This document shows positions 60,597-64,000 of a stretch of 64,000 bases of DNA, in pieces. Both the position numbers and the translations under genes were made by a program. This stretch comes from Thermoproteota archaeon. Lineage in GTDB: Archaea; Thermoproteota; Thermoprotei_A; Sulfolobales; Ignisphaeraceae. The notes under the pieces were generated by a model. It was not told the origin of the DNA. It did no database searches and worked only from the letters and a program-made list of their open reading frames with translations. Each line of letters starts with the position of its first letter. Position 1 is the stretch's first letter. The stretch spans positions 64,001 to 128,000 of the forward strand of contig JAUQPB010000002.1 in NCBI GenBank assembly GCA_030550585.1, written 5' to 3'.

Positions 60597-60981
60597 AACA
60601 ATCGTTCCAAATATTATCTCAAGTAATATTCATCCGGGTGAATGATATTAACGTTGTGAATTTTGAATAATGTGAATAATTATGTTAGTAGAGCTTTAGA
60701 GAATATTATGTGCAGACATGCCAAGAACAATATTTCAAAAGCAAAAATGAAGGTCTGTCATGTATTATGAAGAGGTTGAAGCGGTTATATATTCAAAAAA
60801 CTGTTGTCATGGTGATTTCAACAGTTTTTTATAGAGTATGAATAGGTAATGCTAGGAATACCTTAGTATACTCTACATTGATAATTTACAGCTATAAAGA
60901 TCAGTTTTTGTTGCATATAAAATAAGATTTATTTTTTTAAATAAAGCATAGAGTAGCACACTGAGTGTTGGGTGGGTTCAT

Positions 60982-63900
60982 ATGGGACTTTCAAGCAAAA
61001 GAATAGCATCGGTGATTATGTCAATATTAATGCTCTTAATAGCAATGTTATCGATGACCATGTTAATTATCGAACAGAGATCTAATGTTTTAGCGCAATC
61101 ATCTGTTGAGTACTTTGTTGAAAATGGGGAGGTGTATATGAAGCTGCCAGACGGTACCACCAAAGCAATATATTTAACAGGTGTTAACTGGTTTGGCTTT
61201 GAGACAACAAATTATGTTGTTCACGGTCTTTGGGCTAGGAATTGGGTGGATATGCTAAATCAGATGAAGAGCCTAGGCTTCAACGCTATAAGATTACCCT
61301 TCTGCCCGCCCTCTGTAACACCAGGTACAACACCTTCATCCATAGACTATAACAAGAACCCAGATCTGCAGGGGCTCGACTCAGTGTCTATTATGGAGAA
61401 AATCATACAAAAAGCTGGTGAATTAGGGATCTTCATAATTCTTGACTTCCACAGGATTGGCTGTAACGATATAGAGCCACTATGGTATACAAGCTCGTTT
61501 ACAGAGCAAGACTATATAAATGTCTGGAAATCAGTGGCTCAAAGATTTGGTAAATACCCAAATGTGGTGGGGGCTGACCTCAAAAACGAGCCTCATTGCC
61601 CTATTGGAATGTCTAGACAAGACTGCTATACAAGTGGCCAGGGAGCAACATGGGGTGTAGGTAACCAGAAAACTGACTGGAATCTAGCCGCAGAGAGAAT
61701 AGGTAATGCTGTCCTTAGCGTTGCTCCTCACTGGCTAATAATCGTTGAAGGTACTCAATACACAAATCCCAAGTCTGACAACGTATCCTTGTATCCAGAT
61801 GCTGTTTACTGGGGCGAAAACCTAAGGGCAGTAAAAGACTACCCTGTAAACTTGCCTAGCAACAAACTACTCTACTCGGCACATGAATACGGACCTGACG
61901 TATATGTACAGCCATATTACAACGACCCGAATATATATCCAAATAATTTAAATCTAATATGGGAGCAAAATTGGGGTTATGTTAGAACAAAGCTGGGACT
62001 ACCAGTATTCTTAGGCGAGTTTGGAGGAAAATATGGACATGGGGGAGATTCACGAGATGTTACATTCCAGCAGAAACTCGTAGATTACCTCATAAACACA
62101 GGAATATGCTGGTGGACATACTGGAGCTGGAACCCCAACAGCGGAGACACAGGCGGAATACTGCAAGATGACTGGATCACAATATGGCAAGACAAATACA
62201 ATAACCTCAAGAGGTCGATTGATTACTGCAAATCCAAATACGGGGAAGTGTGGGCGCCAAGTGCAACTACATCTCCAACTACAGTTACAGCAACTATAAT
62301 CACCACTACGACTGCTACGACGACCACATCTCCAAGAACAACCACTACAACTTCTCCGACAACCACTACACAGGTGACAACAACTGCTACTACGCTTAGG
62401 ACAACTACTACTACTGTAGTTACAACTACGGCTTATACGAGTTATGTTACTGTGTTGTCTGGTGTTGTTAGTGTTCCTGTTACTGCTTCTGCTGTTTTCA
62501 CTATTACCTCTCCTGTTACCACTACTGTAACTGCTGTTACAACGACTACTGTTCCTGTGACGATTGTTGCTACAGTTACATTAACAGTTCCGGTAACAAC
62601 AACTGTTACACCAACAACTACAACTACTACCACTACCACTAGTACAACAACCACAACTACACAAGTAACAACAACTACTACAACTACTTCGGCTGCTGGT
62701 CTTGTTTCTGCTCCTTCGACGAAGGTTGTTGTTGTTGCTTCTAGGCCTGGTGGTTTGTCTGGTGTTTTGCAGTTCAAGGTTTTGAGTGGTGGTACTATAT
62801 CTACCTCCTCTGGGAGTATATCAATTCCGAGTGGTGCTACTGTTTCAATTGATTTTGCTAGTAGTAGTGGTTCTCTTTGGATTGGTGCAGATGGTTGGAT
62901 GTCTGCATCTGGTATAAGCGTTAAAGCCATATATGTTAATGGTAATCAGGTTGCTGGCTCAACAACTATAACGGGTGTTACAAATGTTAGAGTAGATCTA
63001 TCGTCTATAATGACGTCTCTGACGCTAACAATATCTGGTAGTGGTTGGACACAGATAACATATGGTGGACAAACACTTGTTTCTGGCTCGAACAGCCAGA
63101 CAATTGTCATTCCAAACATTGGTGCAACATCTAGCCAACCACTAAACCTGAACATGGGAAGCAACAGCATATACCTAGAAGCAACATCTAGCCAACCACA
63201 AATAGGAGCTACAACAACCACAACAACTACCACTACTATGACCACTCCAACGACTACTCCTACAACTATAATCACTACTACATCTCCGACAACCACTACT
63301 ACGACTACTACTACGCCTAGAACGACGACTACTACAACCACATCTCCAACAACTACAACTACTCCTACAACTGTATCTCCAACGACAACAACCACAACTA
63401 CACAAGTAACAACAACTGTAGCATCAGCAACCATCATTACTGCTATTCCTGGTGTTAACGATGTTACTGTTGTTGGAGATGCGAATAATATATGGCCTTG
63501 TGGTTTGATAGGTAATGAATTCTATGCTTGTGTTAATTTATGGGGTCTTAGTAATTATCAGGGTCGGTTTAGTGGTCAAGTGGTTATGGTTCACAGGGCT
63601 GGAGGTCCGCTGATAGTTAATAACAGCCTTGTGTTAACAAACATAAATCTAAATCCATGGGATGTGATAGCGTATCACGAGGTTGTATATGGGGCATCTC
63701 CATGGGAGTCTCAGACACCTTATAGTAAGGGTGTTAGCGCGCTACTTATGCCTAGAAAGGTGAGCGAGTTTCCGAGAGTTATAGCATATTTAGACTACTC
63801 ATTCGACAAGTTTAACACAGCTGTGAACTTCGCGTTTGATTTGTGGCTCAAGAGAAATCCATCTACAGCTGGTGTTCAGCAAGGAGATATAGAGCTTATG

Positions 63901-64000
63901 ATATGGACTTTCAGCGGCAACGGTGCTGCACCAGGAGGATACCAGGTAGGGTCAGTAACAATACCGGTTCTTATCAATGGCCAGCTAGTCAATATGCGGT
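60982..64000 (+). CDS. Secreted multidomain glucanase: GH5 catalytic domain - Thr linker - unknown beta domain - Thr linker - GH12 domain (3'-truncated)
   Basis: Absent from the ORF track because it has no stop in the window. Signal peptide; GH5 motifs GVNWFGFET, GFNAIRLPF, DLKNEPH, LGEFGG and WSWNPNSGDTGG; GH12 motifs NLWG, YHEVVYG..PW, NFAFDLWL and ELMIW. Confidence 0.9.
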   Translation, partial: MGLSSKRIASVIMSILMLLIAMLSMTMLIIEQRSNVLAQSSVEYFVENGEVYMKLPDGTTKAIYLTGVNWFGFETTNYVVHGLWARNWVDMLNQMKSLGFNAIRLPFCPPSVTPGTTPSSIDYNKNPDLQGLDSVSIMEKIIQKAGELGIFIILDFHRIGCNDIEPLWYTSSFTEQDYINVWKSVAQRFGKYPNVVGADLKNEPHCPIGMSRQDCYTSGQGATWGVGNQKTDWNLAAERIGNAVLSVAPHWLIIVEGTQYTNPKSDNVSLYPDAVYWGENLRAVKDYPVNLPSNKLLYSAHEYGPDVYVQPYYNDPNIYPNNLNLIWEQNWGYVRTKLGLPVFLGEFGGKYGHGGDSRDVTFQQKLVDYLINTGICWWTYWSWNPNSGDTGGILQDDWITIWQDKYNNLKRSIDYCKSKYGEVWAPSATTSPTTVTATIITTTTATTTTSPRTTTTTSPTTTTQVTTTATTLRTTTTTVVTTTAYTSYVTVLSGVVSVPVTASAVFTITSPVTTTVTAVTTTTVPVTIVATVTLTVPVTTTVTPTTTTTTTTTSTTTTTTQVTTTTTTTSAAGLVSAPSTKVVVVASRPGGLSGVLQFKVLSGGTISTSSGSISIPSGATVSIDFASSSGSLWIGADGWMSASGISVKAIYVNGNQVAGSTTITGVTNVRVDLSSIMTSLTLTISGSGWTQITYGGQTLVSGSNSQTIVIPNIGATSSQPLNLNMGSNSIYLEATSSQPQIGATTTTTTTTTMTTPTTTPTTIITTTSPTTTTTTTTTPRTTTTTTTSPTTTTTPTTVSPTTTTTTTQVTTTVASATIITAIPGVNDVTVVGDANNIWPCGLIGNEFYACVNLWGLSNYQGRFSGQVVMVHRAGGPLIVNNSLVLTNINLNPWDVIAYHEVVYGASPWESQTPYSKGVSALLMPRKVSEFPRVIAYLDYSFDKFNTAVNFAFDLWLKRNPSTAGVQQGDIELMIWTFSGNGAAPGGYQVGSVTIPVLINGQLVNMR
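62644..63417 (+). repeat. 33-bp exact direct repeats (62644-62676, 63385-63417) in Thr-rich linkers
   Basis: ACAACAACCACAACTACACAAGTAACAACAACT occurs twice, 741 bp apart and in frame. Confidence 0.85.

Noticed and set aside
62442-63437. Val-rich and Cys/Ser-rich minus-strand ORFs
   Set aside because: They are antisense shadows of the Thr-rich linkers of the + strand glucanase.
1-64000. CRISPR array, cas genes or rRNA
   Set aside because: I saw no regularly spaced 24-40 bp repeats, cas-like ORFs or rRNA sequence. The TnpB is only a fragment.

Overview
This window comes from a hyperthermophilic crenarchaeon (Thermoprotei, probably Desulfurococcales and Ignisphaera-like). I infer this from Rpo13, the Ced genes, two PCNA paralogues, an intron-split cbf5 and extracellular glucanases. 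About 25-60 kb is housekeeping: a fragmented S10/spc ribosomal cluster, PCNA-PriS-GINS-L44e-S27e-aIF2a-Nop10, rtcB, secY, cbf5, tRNAs, and unannotated C/D and H/ACA guide RNAs. About 5.6-19.4 kb is an accessory zone. Its most striking feature is a tyrosine-integrase cassette enclosed by 161-bp INVERTED repeats. Each repeat consists of the integrase's last 13 codons, arm-like repeats and a 47-nt tRNA-Thr(TGT) 3' half. No intact tRNA-Thr lies nearby, so this is a candidate self-inverting element. The zone also holds a Cys-rich/permease/HExxH-protease/ABC operon, a kinase-FHA-vWA module, and a decayed island at tRNA-Arg that retains a toxin-antitoxin pair. Other points are a cmk gene that can only start at a non-canonical codon (CTG) and a multidomain GH5-X-GH12 glucanase running off the right edge. 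All calls come from manual motif reading; no database searches were run.
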